Below are positions 48,330-58,006 of a DNA stretch of 64,000 nucleotides, in pieces; position 1 is the stretch's first letter; every line of letters begins with the position of its first letter. Under the pieces are notes generated by a model, which worked only from the letters and a program-made list of their open reading frames with translations, was not told the origin of the DNA and ran no database searches. Made by a program: the position numbers and the translations under genes. This DNA is from Pseudomonadota bacterium (GTDB taxonomy: Bacteria; Pseudomonadota; Alphaproteobacteria; RF32; CAG-239). The stretch lies in the NCBI GenBank assembly GCA_918234285.1, contig CAKJXZ020000030.1, forward strand, positions 32,001 through 96,000. Direction: 5' to 3'.

Positions 48330-50411
48330 TTATCTCTTTATCTTGGAACGATGATATTCTCGTTTCTTCGGCATATCGGTCGGGCGGACTTTGAGTTTCT
48401 CCCAGTCAATCATCGGGAACTCCAACTTATCAAGTGCATACTTCAACCGCTCCAATGGTATCATTCCGTTGTTGTATGACGAATACGCACGCCTATCATT
48501 TTTGCTCCAACCACCAATCTCTATGGCATAAGAATCAACGAACCCGAGCATCTTCATATTTTGTGCCAAGTTATGACGGAACGAGTGAAAGACTTTTGTA
48601 GCACTACGAATCTTCAACTTGTTCAAATACTTTGCAAACCATCCGCCAACATACTTGCCGTATCTATCATTTGAATTATACGCCAACTCAAACAATTTTT
48701 TGTGCAGATGTTTTTTTCTCTCGCCCACATAGTCCAAGAATCCCAAATCCAGTATCTTTTGCGGAATTGGAACAATACGAATGTTTTGAGTCTTGGTGCG
48801 TTTCACTTCCTTTTTCTTTGAGGCAGTTTCTCGGTCATCTGGTGAGATATGCAGACAATAGATTCCGCTGTGCTTTTGAATATCAGCAACATCAAGTTGG
48901 CATAACTCATTTAAGCGACAACCAAGGAATAGTGCCAATAAAGGAATCCAAAACAATTCGGGATGTAAGGCAGGAGTATCTTTAACTATGCATTGGGGAT
49001 ATGTTCGGTAATCAAATATTTTCGCCAACTCATCATCCGTAAAATGTTCGTAGGACTGCTTTTTCCCTTTGGCATACTTAATCTTGTATCTGCTAAACGG
49101 ATTGGAATAAATGATTTCCTCTTGCAACAAGAAGTTCGCAAATGTGTTGAACAACTTGATGTGTCCTCTTATCGTTGGGTCGCTTATTTTTGGAACACTT
49201 ATTTTATCGGCACATTCCTTAAGCACTTCAAAAACATCTCTATCCTTAAACTTTTGTTGGAAGTTAGCAGGCAAGAGTTTCAAGTTCTTTTCAAGTTCCT
49301 CAATGTCTTGCTTACAGATTTTATCAACGCCTTTATACTTCACCAATTCAAACATACGGAGCAACATATTCTTGTGTGAAGATATTGTTTTTGCCGACAC
49401 ACCCTGCAATTTCTGCTCTTTCTCCCACATCTGCAAATACTTCTTGTAGTCAAATACTGGTGATTTAACAGCAATTTGCTCCAAATGATTCTTATTCAAA
49501 CTCTTTGCAGTATCAAGTATTGTGGTAAAATATATAGAGATTGGATATTCTTTTCCCGTTTTGATAGATTCCAAATAGTTGAGCAATAGTTCTTCCGATT
49601 CACGCATTTTATCAGCAAGTTCTGCCAAAGAAAACATCATATCACCGATATCGTAGTCCTCATCACCTTTATGTCGTTCCAAAACATCTTGCAAATCTTC
49701 ATTATTGTTGCCAACAATCTCATAATCATTCTTATCAAAGGCATAAATGATTGCATTGGGATTGTCCTGCAAAATATCCACCAACTCTCTATCAACATTA
49801 CGATTCACAATATCCTTATTTAATACTTTGAGTATGTAATCGTATAGTTGGTTATACTTCACACTTTCTGACGGATTGGCGATTCGTTCTTCTTCAATGG
49901 TTCTTACCTTGTATCCGTCATAAACATCTTGCTTTATAAGCGTTTCAAAAATTGTTTCACCATCAGGTGTTTCGTATTCAACATCTGCGAGTCGCTCCAT
50001 ATCTGTCAAGTGAATTGGGCGATAGAAGCAGAAGTCCTTAAATGTTTTCTTGCCCGACTTAATGTCGCTCTCGTATCGTTCAACTTTCTTCAACACATCC
50101 AACCACCACTGCACGAAGATATGCTTAACCTCAGTATAAGTCAGACATAACCTTATTTCCTTGGTGTGTTTGTGTCGCAGTTTCAACATCTCTTGATACT
50201 TCCTCTCATAGGATTGTATGAGCAAATCTGTTTTGTAGGCATATTCCTTAACTTTATGGAGTGCTTGGTAATAATCCTTTGTGAATAAAGAATAGAAGAA
50301 GTTTTTGCGTTTGGCAATCTCCACCAGATGTTTAGGCACAACGAATCGTGCATAATAGGTATGATTCCTTATTGTCAGATGTGGATATAAAGAAAGCATT
50401 TGTTGTATCAC
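48330..50411 (-). CDS. Large tyrosine integrase with N-terminal DUF6538-like domain
   Basis: HLTIRNHTYYARFVVPKHL; GCRLNE, KT, FHSFRH, GGWS, Y; next to the att site. Confidence 0.92.
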   Translation of the reverse strand: MIQQMLSLYPHLTIRNHTYYARFVVPKHLVEIAKRKNFFYSLFTKDYYQALHKVKEYAYKTDLLIQSYERKYQEMLKLRHKHTKEIRLCLTYTEVKHIFVQWWLDVLKKVERYESDIKSGKKTFKDFCFYRPIHLTDMERLADVEYETPDGETIFETLIKQDVYDGYKVRTIEEERIANPSESVKYNQLYDYILKVLNKDIVNRNVDRELVDILQDNPNAIIYAFDKNDYEIVGNNNEDLQDVLERHKGDEDYDIGDMMFSLAELADKMRESEELLLNYLESIKTGKEYPISIYFTTILDTAKSLNKNHLEQIAVKSPVFDYKKYLQMWEKEQKLQGVSAKTISSHKNMLLRMFELVKYKGVDKICKQDIEELEKNLKLLPANFQQKFKDRDVFEVLKECADKISVPKISDPTIRGHIKLFNTFANFLLQEEIIYSNPFSRYKIKYAKGKKQSYEHFTDDELAKIFDYRTYPQCIVKDTPALHPELFWIPLLALFLGCRLNELCQLDVADIQKHSGIYCLHISPDDRETASKKKEVKRTKTQNIRIVPIPQKILDLGFLDYVGERKKHLHKKLFELAYNSNDRYGKYVGGWFAKYLNKLKIRSATKVFHSFRHNLAQNMKMLGFVDSYAIEIGGWSKNDRRAYSSYNNGMIPLERLKYALDKLEFPMIDWEKLKVRPTDMPKKREYHRSKIKR

Positions 50412-50485
50412 CCCTTTGCATCACCTTTTTTAAAGGTATTTTTCAGCAAAAATTATTGTGATAAAACAAATGCTTATAAATAAAG

Positions 50486-50577
50486 TGGCGGTGAGATAGG
50501 GATTCGAACCCTAGGTACGCGGTAAAACGTACAATTGATTTCGAGTCAACCGCATTCGACCACTCTGCCATCTCACC
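50486..50577 (-). tRNA. tRNA-Ser (anticodon CGA)
   Basis: GGTGAGA/TCTCACC acceptor stem, GTTGA-CTCGAAA-TCAAT anticodon arm, long variable arm, GGTTCGAATCC, encoded CCA. Confidence 0.97.
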
Positions 50578-50736
50578 TTAAAACGTATCCTTATTATTCT
50601 ATTTTACTTCAAATTGCAACAGTTTAATTTGCTAAAAACACATTTTTTTTAAAGCTTTTACTTTTTATGTAAAAAATACTGGACAAGTCCGGCGAAAAAT
50701 GCTAAATTGACAAAAAATCGAAAAAGGAATAAATCT

Positions 50737-51417
50737 ATGACTCGTAAAAAACAATTTGTCTTAACACCGGAAACAATTGACAAATGGCAACGCACCAAAA
50801 AACTTGAGAATGTCGAATACCGCGTTGTCTGCGCCAAAGATATCATTAATGGCAAAGAATGTATTCATATCGCACCCAGCAAAAATACTTTGCATGAGGA
50901 TATTATGTTCGAAATTATGCGGCGCAATCCGTCGGCACGCGATATGGCCGGCCGCGTTTTGCTCTACGATATGGGTGAAGGCAAAGAGCCTTTAGTTAAA
51001 TTCGATACTCTCGAATTTCCCTCCATGCTTACTCAATATTGGGATTGGGACGAGCGAGTTATACCGCATTTGGAACCTTTAATAAAGCAAAGATTTCAAC
51101 AAATGCGTGCCGAAGGTAAAAAGGCCACATTACATATTGATCATTCCAAAGATTTTGCCAGTGATGACTATTGGGATAGAGTATTTGCCCAACATGAAGA
51201 ACTTAACAAAAAATTTGCCGGTCGCAATTTGATGAGTAAAATTGAGGACTTTGCCCCCAAAAATCCACAAGAAGAACAAATTAAAGAACAGTCGTTGCGC
51301 CGCATAAAACGCGAACATGATGTAGAACAGGCAGAAGCAGTCAGGGCTCATCAGGATTCGCAACACAATCGAATCAGCGTTCTTTTGTGGAAACAGGCTA
51401 AAAATCGGGGAGATTAA
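50737..51417 (+). CDS. Unknown-family paralogue 1
   Basis: YRVVC..IHIAP..LH..I..G.V.LYDMGEG..P.NPQEEQ. Confidence 0.8.
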   Translation: MTRKKQFVLTPETIDKWQRTKKLENVEYRVVCAKDIINGKECIHIAPSKNTLHEDIMFEIMRRNPSARDMAGRVLLYDMGEGKEPLVKFDTLEFPSMLTQYWDWDERVIPHLEPLIKQRFQQMRAEGKKATLHIDHSKDFASDDYWDRVFAQHEELNKKFAGRNLMSKIEDFAPKNPQEEQIKEQSLRRIKREHDVEQAEAVRAHQDSQHNRISVLLWKQAKNRGD

Positions 51418-52005
51418 ATGCGTTGTATCGGTAAAGAATATCGCGTTGTTTGCTCACAAACTCCGGACAAGCACACTTTTATTGACATTGCTCCCGCCGA
51501 CAATGCCTTGCATCAGCTTATTCTCAAAGAACGGGCGCAACGCAACAATGCAGCCGAAGTTATTGCCGGATCGATAAAGCTTTATGATATGGGCGAAGGA
51601 AACCGTCCGGAAATTATATTTTTGCCGCCGGAAAACGGTGGTCTGCCGGAAGTTGAACTTTCTACGGCCGAAGAAAACCTTTTGCGCCGCAAAATCACTC
51701 TGCGTTTTGAGGAAATGATGGCGCAAAATCAGCAAAGCACCATCACGGTAAGACCGGAAATCCATCACGAATACGTCAACAGCATTGTTGACGGAATGAA
51801 AAACGCGTTGGAAGCATCTTTGCAAGCCGCCAAAGCACCGCAATCACCGGCGGAAGAACAAAACAAAATCCTCGCCGAGCGCCGCAACCGCGCCGACCGC
51901 AACCGTGCACAAACTGCGGAATATTTACGTCGCCGCGATGAAAAATACACAAAATATAACTTGACATCTTTGCAAATTAAGCAATTATTGCACCGTGATT
52001 ATTGA
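51418..52005 (+). CDS. Unknown-family paralogue 2
   Basis: YRVVC..IDIAP..LH..I..GSIKLYDMGEG..PQSPAEEQ; abuts the previous stop. Confidence 0.8.
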   Translation: MRCIGKEYRVVCSQTPDKHTFIDIAPADNALHQLILKERAQRNNAAEVIAGSIKLYDMGEGNRPEIIFLPPENGGLPEVELSTAEENLLRRKITLRFEEMMAQNQQSTITVRPEIHHEYVNSIVDGMKNALEASLQAAKAPQSPAEEQNKILAERRNRADRNRAQTAEYLRRRDEKYTKYNLTSLQIKQLLHRDY

Positions 52006-52015
52006 AAGAAGAAAA

Positions 52016-52663
52016 ATGGAAATAAAAAAGTACAAAGTCGTATGCTCGCAGCCTAAATTCTCGGACGATATATATATTGACATCGCGCCGAGCGATGGCA
52101 TTATTCACGACCAAATTTATTTCAGCCGGATTATGCTGCATCGGCAAATCAGCAACCAGCCGCTGTCGCGCCTGTACGGCTCCATCTATTTGCAAGACGA
52201 TAACGGCGATGTCGCGGTAGAATTTCCCAAACCGCAGGCCCCGAAAAATTCGCCGATGTATAAGGGAATTATGAATCAATATTCTTTTTTGGAAGCGCAA
52301 ATCAAAGAAAGCTACCGCAAAATGCGGCAAACCGGCGGCGAATCCACTCTCAAAGTGTGTAGCGTCAACCAGATGTTTGAACTCTCCGAGCGGAAAAATG
52401 CCGAAGCCGCCGCCTTTGAAAAAAGACGTCGCGAAAGAATGCAAATGATTGCGGAAAAGACCGCCAAAACGGCAGATTACAAACAAAAGCACGCCGCACA
52501 AATCGCGCCGCATTTCCCGCAGACGCCGCAAGAAGAACAACGCCTGCAACAAGAACGGCAAATCGCTTCGGCGCGCCAACTTCGCACGATTGTCGAACAA
52601 AAGCGTGCTACGGAAACGACTCCGGCATGGTTGCGCTTTCAAAAAGAATACAGCGGCGATTAA
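52016..52663 (+). CDS. Unknown-family paralogue 3
   Basis: YKVVC..IDIAP..IH..I..GSIYLQD..PQTPQEEQ. Confidence 0.8.
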   Translation: MEIKKYKVVCSQPKFSDDIYIDIAPSDGIIHDQIYFSRIMLHRQISNQPLSRLYGSIYLQDDNGDVAVEFPKPQAPKNSPMYKGIMNQYSFLEAQIKESYRKMRQTGGESTLKVCSVNQMFELSERKNAEAAAFEKRRRERMQMIAEKTAKTADYKQKHAAQIAPHFPQTPQEEQRLQQERQIASARQLRTIVEQKRATETTPAWLRFQKEYSGD

Positions 52664-52755
52664 TTTATTTCATAAAAACATTGCATTTTTCCGGCGGATA
52701 TGTTAGCGTATCCGCCGGAATTAGTATTATTTACAAACATTTAAACACTATAATT

Positions 52756-53730
52756 ATGGATAAAAACAGAGTATTGCATGAAATGCAAATGTGGCAGCAA
52801 GACGACTGCAGCAAGTTCGGAGAATACGACACCCTGTGGGAAATGTTCCGCACGGTTGTGACTTCAAGCAGCTGGGGCAGTGCCGAATTCGGCGGCCCGG
52901 TGTGGCTGATGGATTTTTCGTTGGCCAATCTGCAAAGACTTTTTCCCGAAAATCCGTGGCTTGAAGCGATGGAAAAAGAGTGGGAAAAAGGCAAGTGGGA
53001 TCACAGCGGACAGGCTAAATCCGACGTGCTTAACCGATTTTCCGAGTGGTTTCAATTCCGCGCCGAACATTTGGTAAATACGCTCGGCTTAGGTAACGTT
53101 ATCATCAAGCAGGAAAGCTCGCATGACGGCAACATTTCGCTCTACGGCTGGTGCCTTTTCTTGGATGTTGTACAAGAATTGGTCGGCGGCATAGTCGAAC
53201 GAACGCATCATCAAACGATGTTGAAATTCGATTTTTCGTATGCCGAGGTTGATGCGGTTATTCGCGGCAACTTCTTTACCCGTCTGAAAAGCGACACCAT
53301 GGTCAGCAGATTTCCGGGTGGTTACGGTGCCGGTTTTCACTACTGCAAGCACAGCGATGTTTACGGCAACTGCTATCTTCTGGAACACTTCAGCGAAACT
53401 AAGGGCTATGTGATTCCGGAAACCGCTCCGGAAAAATTCCTGATGCTGATTGTAAATGACCTGATGGAATGCAAGGCACAAGGTTACGGCAACAAGTCGG
53501 ACAAAGACGGACGTGTTGTTCCCTACCCGCAGATGAAGTTTGAACAATATCTCGACATTCACCGCGGCATGGGCTGTCATTTCCGCCCGACAAGCGATGT
53601 CTTTCAATGGTGGAACAAACACGGTTTGGTTCAGGAAATCAAAATCGAATTGCCGCAGATTGACGCCAAGTACGGTGAGTTTTGGCATCGCCAATTCCCA
53701 CCCAAACAAAACTGGCGTACCATAAAGTAA
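52756..53730 (+). CDS. Orphan aromatic-rich hypothetical protein
   Basis: 324-aa ORF, AT-rich upstream region with no SD, terminator after. Confidence 0.72.
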   Translation: MDKNRVLHEMQMWQQDDCSKFGEYDTLWEMFRTVVTSSSWGSAEFGGPVWLMDFSLANLQRLFPENPWLEAMEKEWEKGKWDHSGQAKSDVLNRFSEWFQFRAEHLVNTLGLGNVIIKQESSHDGNISLYGWCLFLDVVQELVGGIVERTHHQTMLKFDFSYAEVDAVIRGNFFTRLKSDTMVSRFPGGYGAGFHYCKHSDVYGNCYLLEHFSETKGYVIPETAPEKFLMLIVNDLMECKAQGYGNKSDKDGRVVPYPQMKFEQYLDIHRGMGCHFRPTSDVFQWWNKHGLVQEIKIELPQIDAKYGEFWHRQFPPKQNWRTIK

Positions 53731-53738
53731 GTACAAAG

Positions 53739-53772
53739 AAAAATCGTCCGACTAACCTCGGACGATTTTTTT
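53739..53772. terminator. Bidirectional intrinsic terminator
   Basis: AAAAATCGTCCGA...TCGGACGATTTTTT. Confidence 0.78.
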
Positions 53773-54538
53773 ACACCTTGTGCGGTAAAAGCGCATATAT
53801 CCAATCAGTCAGTCGATTCGGCAAAATCGACAAGAACCACGTTGCCAGACGCATCGGCCACGGAAACGCTATCAACCCCACATTATCTTCGAGCCGCGCC
53901 ACAATGATTTCAGCCGCCTTTTCCGCACTCATAAAAAACGGCATCGGGCAGGTATTTTTATCGGTAATTCTCGACTTCACAAACCCCGGACAAATTACAC
54001 ACACGTCAATATTATCCGCTTTCAGACTGCCGCGCAACGCCTCGCCGTAAGCCTTAACGCAAGCTTTGGTCGCGCTGTATGACGGGCAACTCGGCAAACC
54101 GTGATAGCCGGCAATTGACGCGGTAATCGCGATGGTTTTCGCCGCTTTTTTATCCTCCCGCGCCGCAAAAATTTCGGCCGCCGGCGTTACCGTATTCAGC
54201 ACCCCGAACACATTGGTATTAAAGGTATTATACACATTTTCCGCGGTTTCTTCGCCGGTGGAAACTCCGGCATTGGCAAACACCAAATCCAACTCCGCCG
54301 TTTGGTTGCAAGCCTTAATCCATGCTGCCATCGCCTCTTTATCGCACACGCTGATAATTTGCGGATAAACCGTTGCTCCTAAAGCCCGACAACGTGCCGC
54401 AACATCATTGAGCCGCTCGGCATTGCGCCCGCTTAAAAACAAATTTTTGGCACCGATAAGTGCAAAACGCAGCGCCACCGCTTCTCCGATACCCGACGAT
54501 GCGCCGGTAATCAGAACATTATTAAATTTCTTTTGCAT
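53771..54538 (-). CDS. Short-chain dehydrogenase/reductase
   Basis: TGASSGIG, NAG, YSATK, PGFV. Confidence 0.93.
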   Translation of the reverse strand: MQKKFNNVLITGASSGIGEAVALRFALIGAKNLFLSGRNAERLNDVAARCRALGATVYPQIISVCDKEAMAAWIKACNQTAELDLVFANAGVSTGEETAENVYNTFNTNVFGVLNTVTPAAEIFAAREDKKAAKTIAITASIAGYHGLPSCPSYSATKACVKAYGEALRGSLKADNIDVCVICPGFVKSRITDKNTCPMPFFMSAEKAAEIIVARLEDNVGLIAFPWPMRLATWFLSILPNRLTDWIYALLPHKV

Positions 54539-54628
54539 ATTCGTAATATCCTTCTGGAAATTTACCGATTATTATAATATAAGTGAGTAAAGTCTACAAT
54601 GTATGCTTTTATTTTGCAAGAGGAAGAT

Positions 54629-55291
54629 ATGGCCGAAATTTTAAATCGCTTAAACGAAGTCCGCCGCGGTGTTATGTTTATTATCGAAGCACCGTCCGGC
54701 ACCGGTAAAACCACCGTTGTAAAAAAACTTTTGGAACAGGATAAAAAACTGAACTGGTCGGTTTCGGTAACCACCCGTGCTCCGCGCGCCGGCGAACAAA
54801 ACGGCGTCGACTACTACTTTATCAGCGATGAAGAATACGATAAATTATTGCAAGAAGATGCTTTTTACGAACACGTGGATTCGCAATACGGCAGCCGCTA
54901 CGGTACTCTGCGCTCCGAGGTCGATGAATTTTTAAATATCGGACAAGACGTGTTGTTTGATATGGATTGGGAAGGTATGCGCCAAATGAAGGCCAAAGCT
55001 CCCGATGACGTGGTTTCGGTTTATTTATTGCCGCCGTCAATCAAAGAACTGCGCCGCCGTTTGGAGGGACGCAGTACCGACAGCAAAGAAATCATTGAAA
55101 AACGCATGGGGTTGGTGCTCGAAAAATTGCAGCATTGGACCGAATACGACTATGTGGTTATTTGCGGCGATTTAGACCAAACCGTCGATACGATTCGCCA
55201 GATTTTTTCAGCCGAAAGAATGAAACGCAAACGCCAAATCGGCCTGATTGAATTTACGCAAAAACTGATTGATGAGGTAAAAAATGGATAA
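54629..55291 (+). CDS. gmk: Guanylate kinase
   Basis: APSGTGKTT, SVTTRAPR, GVDYYF, YGT. Confidence 0.95.
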   Translation: MAEILNRLNEVRRGVMFIIEAPSGTGKTTVVKKLLEQDKKLNWSVSVTTRAPRAGEQNGVDYYFISDEEYDKLLQEDAFYEHVDSQYGSRYGTLRSEVDEFLNIGQDVLFDMDWEGMRQMKAKAPDDVVSVYLLPPSIKELRRRLEGRSTDSKEIIEKRMGLVLEKLQHWTEYDYVVICGDLDQTVDTIRQIFSAERMKRKRQIGLIEFTQKLIDEVKNG

Positions 55292-55697
55292 GTTGCCGTT
55301 TATCAACAAATACGGACGAATTACCTACTGCATCGACGCGCTGACTTTTGTGCGGCAAAGAAATTATATTATCATCAAAAAAGACTCCTCTTTGTTATGC
55401 GGTTATAATGCCGACGATGAGCTTTATTCGTTACCATCCGATAACGATGTCGAAATAGTTGCCGAACCGACGTTGGCATTTACGGTTCTGTCTTATGTGT
55501 ATGAAAACAAGCACCCCATAAAAGAAACTCAAACTTATCGCTTTTATGACGTTAAAGATGTCGACTTGGCCGATACCCCTTTACAATGGTGTACCATCCG
55601 GGATATTGCCCTCAAAAAAGTTATGTTTAATGCTACGCAGATGATTGGGATTAAAAATTTATTGGTAAGGATAAATAAAAATGAAGAAAATTTATGA
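55284..55697 (+). CDS. Hypothetical protein (possibly degenerate Nudix fold)
   Basis: Overlaps gmk and cysK; no Nudix box. Confidence 0.55.
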   Translation: MDKLPFINKYGRITYCIDALTFVRQRNYIIIKKDSSLLCGYNADDELYSLPSDNDVEIVAEPTLAFTVLSYVYENKHPIKETQTYRFYDVKDVDLADTPLQWCTIRDIALKKVMFNATQMIGIKNLLVRINKNEENL

Positions 55698-56628
55698 TTC
55701 CATCGAGGATATGGTCGGTCATACCCCGCTGTTGCGCCTGAATAAGCTGAAAAAACTGCTTGGTCTGAATGCGGATATTCTGGCAAAATGCGAGTTTTAT
55801 AATCCGATTTTTTCAATCAAAGACCGCGTGGCGCTGAATATGATAAACAAAGCGCCATTTTCCAAAATTAATAAAGACACTCTTTTCATTGAAGCAACTT
55901 CCGGCAATACCGGTGCGGCCCTGGCAGCTTTTTGTGCCGCCCGCGGCTATAAGTTGATTATCGTTATGCCGGAAAATATGACCGAAGAAAAAATCGCATT
56001 AATTCGCCAATTCGGCGCCGAAGTTATGCTGACTCCGGCGGCCGAAGGCATGTCCGGCGCCATCAAAAAAGTTGCAATCTTAAAGGAGCGTTCTGCCAAT
56101 ATCATTGAATTTAAGCAGTTTGAAAATCCGGCTAACGTAGAAGCCCATAAACTTACTACCGGAGCAGAAATTTTAGAAGACACTGACGGCGCGGTTGATG
56201 CGATTGTTTGTGGTGTCGGCACTTCCGGAACCTTGACCGGTGTTGCTTCTACTTTGCGAACGGTTAATCCCGATTTATATGTGATGGCGGTTGAGCCGGC
56301 AGAAAGTCCTGTATTGTCCGGCGGTAAAGCCGGTCCGCATCAAATCGGCGGCATCGGCGCCGGTTTTGTTCCGCCGCTTTATAACTCCGCTCTGGTTAAC
56401 GAAGTATTCCCGGTAGCCTCAAAAGCAGCTCTGGAAATGACTAAAACCGTGGCTCACTCCGAAGGATTGCCGATAGGTGTTTCGGCAGCCGCTGCGGTTT
56501 GCGGTGCCGTCAACCTAGCACAGCGTCCGGAAATGAGCGGTAAAAATATTGTCGTCATTTTGCCGGACAGCGTTGAGCGTTACCTATCAAATCCTTTCTA
56601 CAAGCATAAGGAGCCGATGGAAGAATAA
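55681..56628 (+). CDS. cysK: Cysteine synthase A
   Basis: SIKDR (PLP Lys), ATSGNTG, GVGTSGT, PDSVERYLS. Confidence 0.93.
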   Translation: MKKIYDSIEDMVGHTPLLRLNKLKKLLGLNADILAKCEFYNPIFSIKDRVALNMINKAPFSKINKDTLFIEATSGNTGAALAAFCAARGYKLIIVMPENMTEEKIALIRQFGAEVMLTPAAEGMSGAIKKVAILKERSANIIEFKQFENPANVEAHKLTTGAEILEDTDGAVDAIVCGVGTSGTLTGVASTLRTVNPDLYVMAVEPAESPVLSGGKAGPHQIGGIGAGFVPPLYNSALVNEVFPVASKAALEMTKTVAHSEGLPIGVSAAAAVCGAVNLAQRPEMSGKNIVVILPDSVERYLSNPFYKHKEPMEE

Positions 56629-57737
56629 TGAACCTTTTTGCAATTTTGAGCCGCTATATTACCCGCCAGCTGATTGTAAACTTCTTCCTGGTTTTGTTTA
56701 CAATCCTCGGCATTATTTTGATGTTTGACACCATTGAAGCACTGCGTCGCGTTTCCGGTCGCGAAGATATTTCTTTCTGGTTTACGGTGCAATATGCCGT
56801 TACCCGCATTACCAAAACCGTGGAGATTGTATTCCCGTTTGTGTTGATGGTGGCAGCAATGATAACTTTTTGGCGTCTGAGCAAAAACAACGAATTTGTG
56901 ATTATTCGTTCTACGGGTGTTTCCATTTTCGGCTTTTTAAAACCGTTGATGGTGGCAACTTTCATTTTGGGTATGGCCAACGTTTTATTATTCAATCCGG
57001 TGGCGGCCAAAATGTTCGAATGGCACGAAGTTCTGTCTTATCGTCTGCAATCGCACAACCCGAATGCCGTTTTGTTTTCAAGCAAAGGTTTGTGGATTCG
57101 CGAAACCGATGAAGCGGGGCGAATTTTGCTGATTCAGGCAAAGAGTTTACGTCAGGATGATGATAAGTCGGTTTGGATGCGTGATGTAACCATTACCGAA
57201 TTGGATGAAAATTCGCAAATCAAGAAAAGTTATAATGCTTCGTTTGCCACGCTGGATGGCAATACTTTCCACCTGAAAGACGTTAAAATCATGATAAACG
57301 GCGAGCCGGTACAAACACAATCTGACTATGCCTACGAAACCACCATCGACGTCCAAAGAATTAAGGATAATTTTATTGATCCGGAAGCAATTTCCTTCTG
57401 GCGCCTGCCCGATACCATCAATTTTTATGAAAAATCCGGCTTTTCGGCGCGATTGCATCGCATGCGGTTTCTTAATCTGCTGATATCACCGTTTTTGTTG
57501 GTCGGAATGTTAATGTTGGCAGCGGTATTTATGTTGCAAAATACTCTGCGCGGTTCGGCAATTATGTGGCGCGTGGTCATCAGCATTGTTACCGGGTTTT
57601 CTTTTTATTTTCTGTCGCAGGTGGTCTACGCTTTTGGCGTAAACGGCTATATTCCGGTCTGGCTGTCGGTAGCGGCGCCGACCTTGATTATCTGGCTTAT
57701 CAGCACCTCGTTACTCATTCAATCCGACGAAGTTTAG
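56628..57737 (+). CDS. lptG: LPS export permease (LptF/LptG family)
   Basis: LSRYI, LSKNNEFVIIRSTGVS, GLWIRE, 6-TM pattern. Confidence 0.85.
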   Translation: MNLFAILSRYITRQLIVNFFLVLFTILGIILMFDTIEALRRVSGREDISFWFTVQYAVTRITKTVEIVFPFVLMVAAMITFWRLSKNNEFVIIRSTGVSIFGFLKPLMVATFILGMANVLLFNPVAAKMFEWHEVLSYRLQSHNPNAVLFSSKGLWIRETDEAGRILLIQAKSLRQDDDKSVWMRDVTITELDENSQIKKSYNASFATLDGNTFHLKDVKIMINGEPVQTQSDYAYETTIDVQRIKDNFIDPEAISFWRLPDTINFYEKSGFSARLHRMRFLNLLISPFLLVGMLMLAAVFMLQNTLRGSAIMWRVVISIVTGFSFYFLSQVVYAFGVNGYIPVWLSVAAPTLIIWLISTSLLIQSDEV

Positions 57738-57943
57738 TGATATATTTAATCAGACACTTACAATCTGAGGCCAATTTAAAGCGTATTTGGGGCGGAGATT
57801 ACCTATTGACGAGCAAGGGAATCAGAGATGTCGAATTAATCAAAAACCAAATATAAAAGCTGTTGCCGAACGGAAGCGTTTTAAGCATATATCCCGCCGG
57901 GACAATGGAAATCACTTATAACAAGCAAAAGATTACTATCTGA
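57737..57943 (+). pseudogene. Histidine phosphatase (phosphoglycerate mutase family) remnant
   Basis: MIYLIRHLQSEAN...DYLLTSKGIRD, stop after 39 aa, then an in-frame LPNGSV C-terminal-like piece. Confidence 0.55.
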
Positions 57944-57959
57944 AGATTTATACCAAATT

Positions 57960-57993
57960 AAAAAACCCGCCGAATTAACGACGGGTTTTCTTT
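57960..57993. terminator. Bidirectional terminator
   Basis: AAAACCCGCCG...CGACGGGTTTT. Confidence 0.65.
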
Positions 57994-58006
57994 AGCGCTT
58001 GAAAAA

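Larger units (their letters stand above)
42862..50502. mobile_element. ~7.6-kb integrative element in tRNA-Ser(CGA)
   Basis: 17-bp att repeats, integrase beside the tRNA, second recombinase, HUH Rep-like gene, visibly more AT-rich than the flanks. Confidence 0.92.

Noticed and set aside
42862-50502. Prophage or conjugative ICE
   Set aside because: There are no capsid, terminase, Zot-like, VirB4 or coupling-protein genes.
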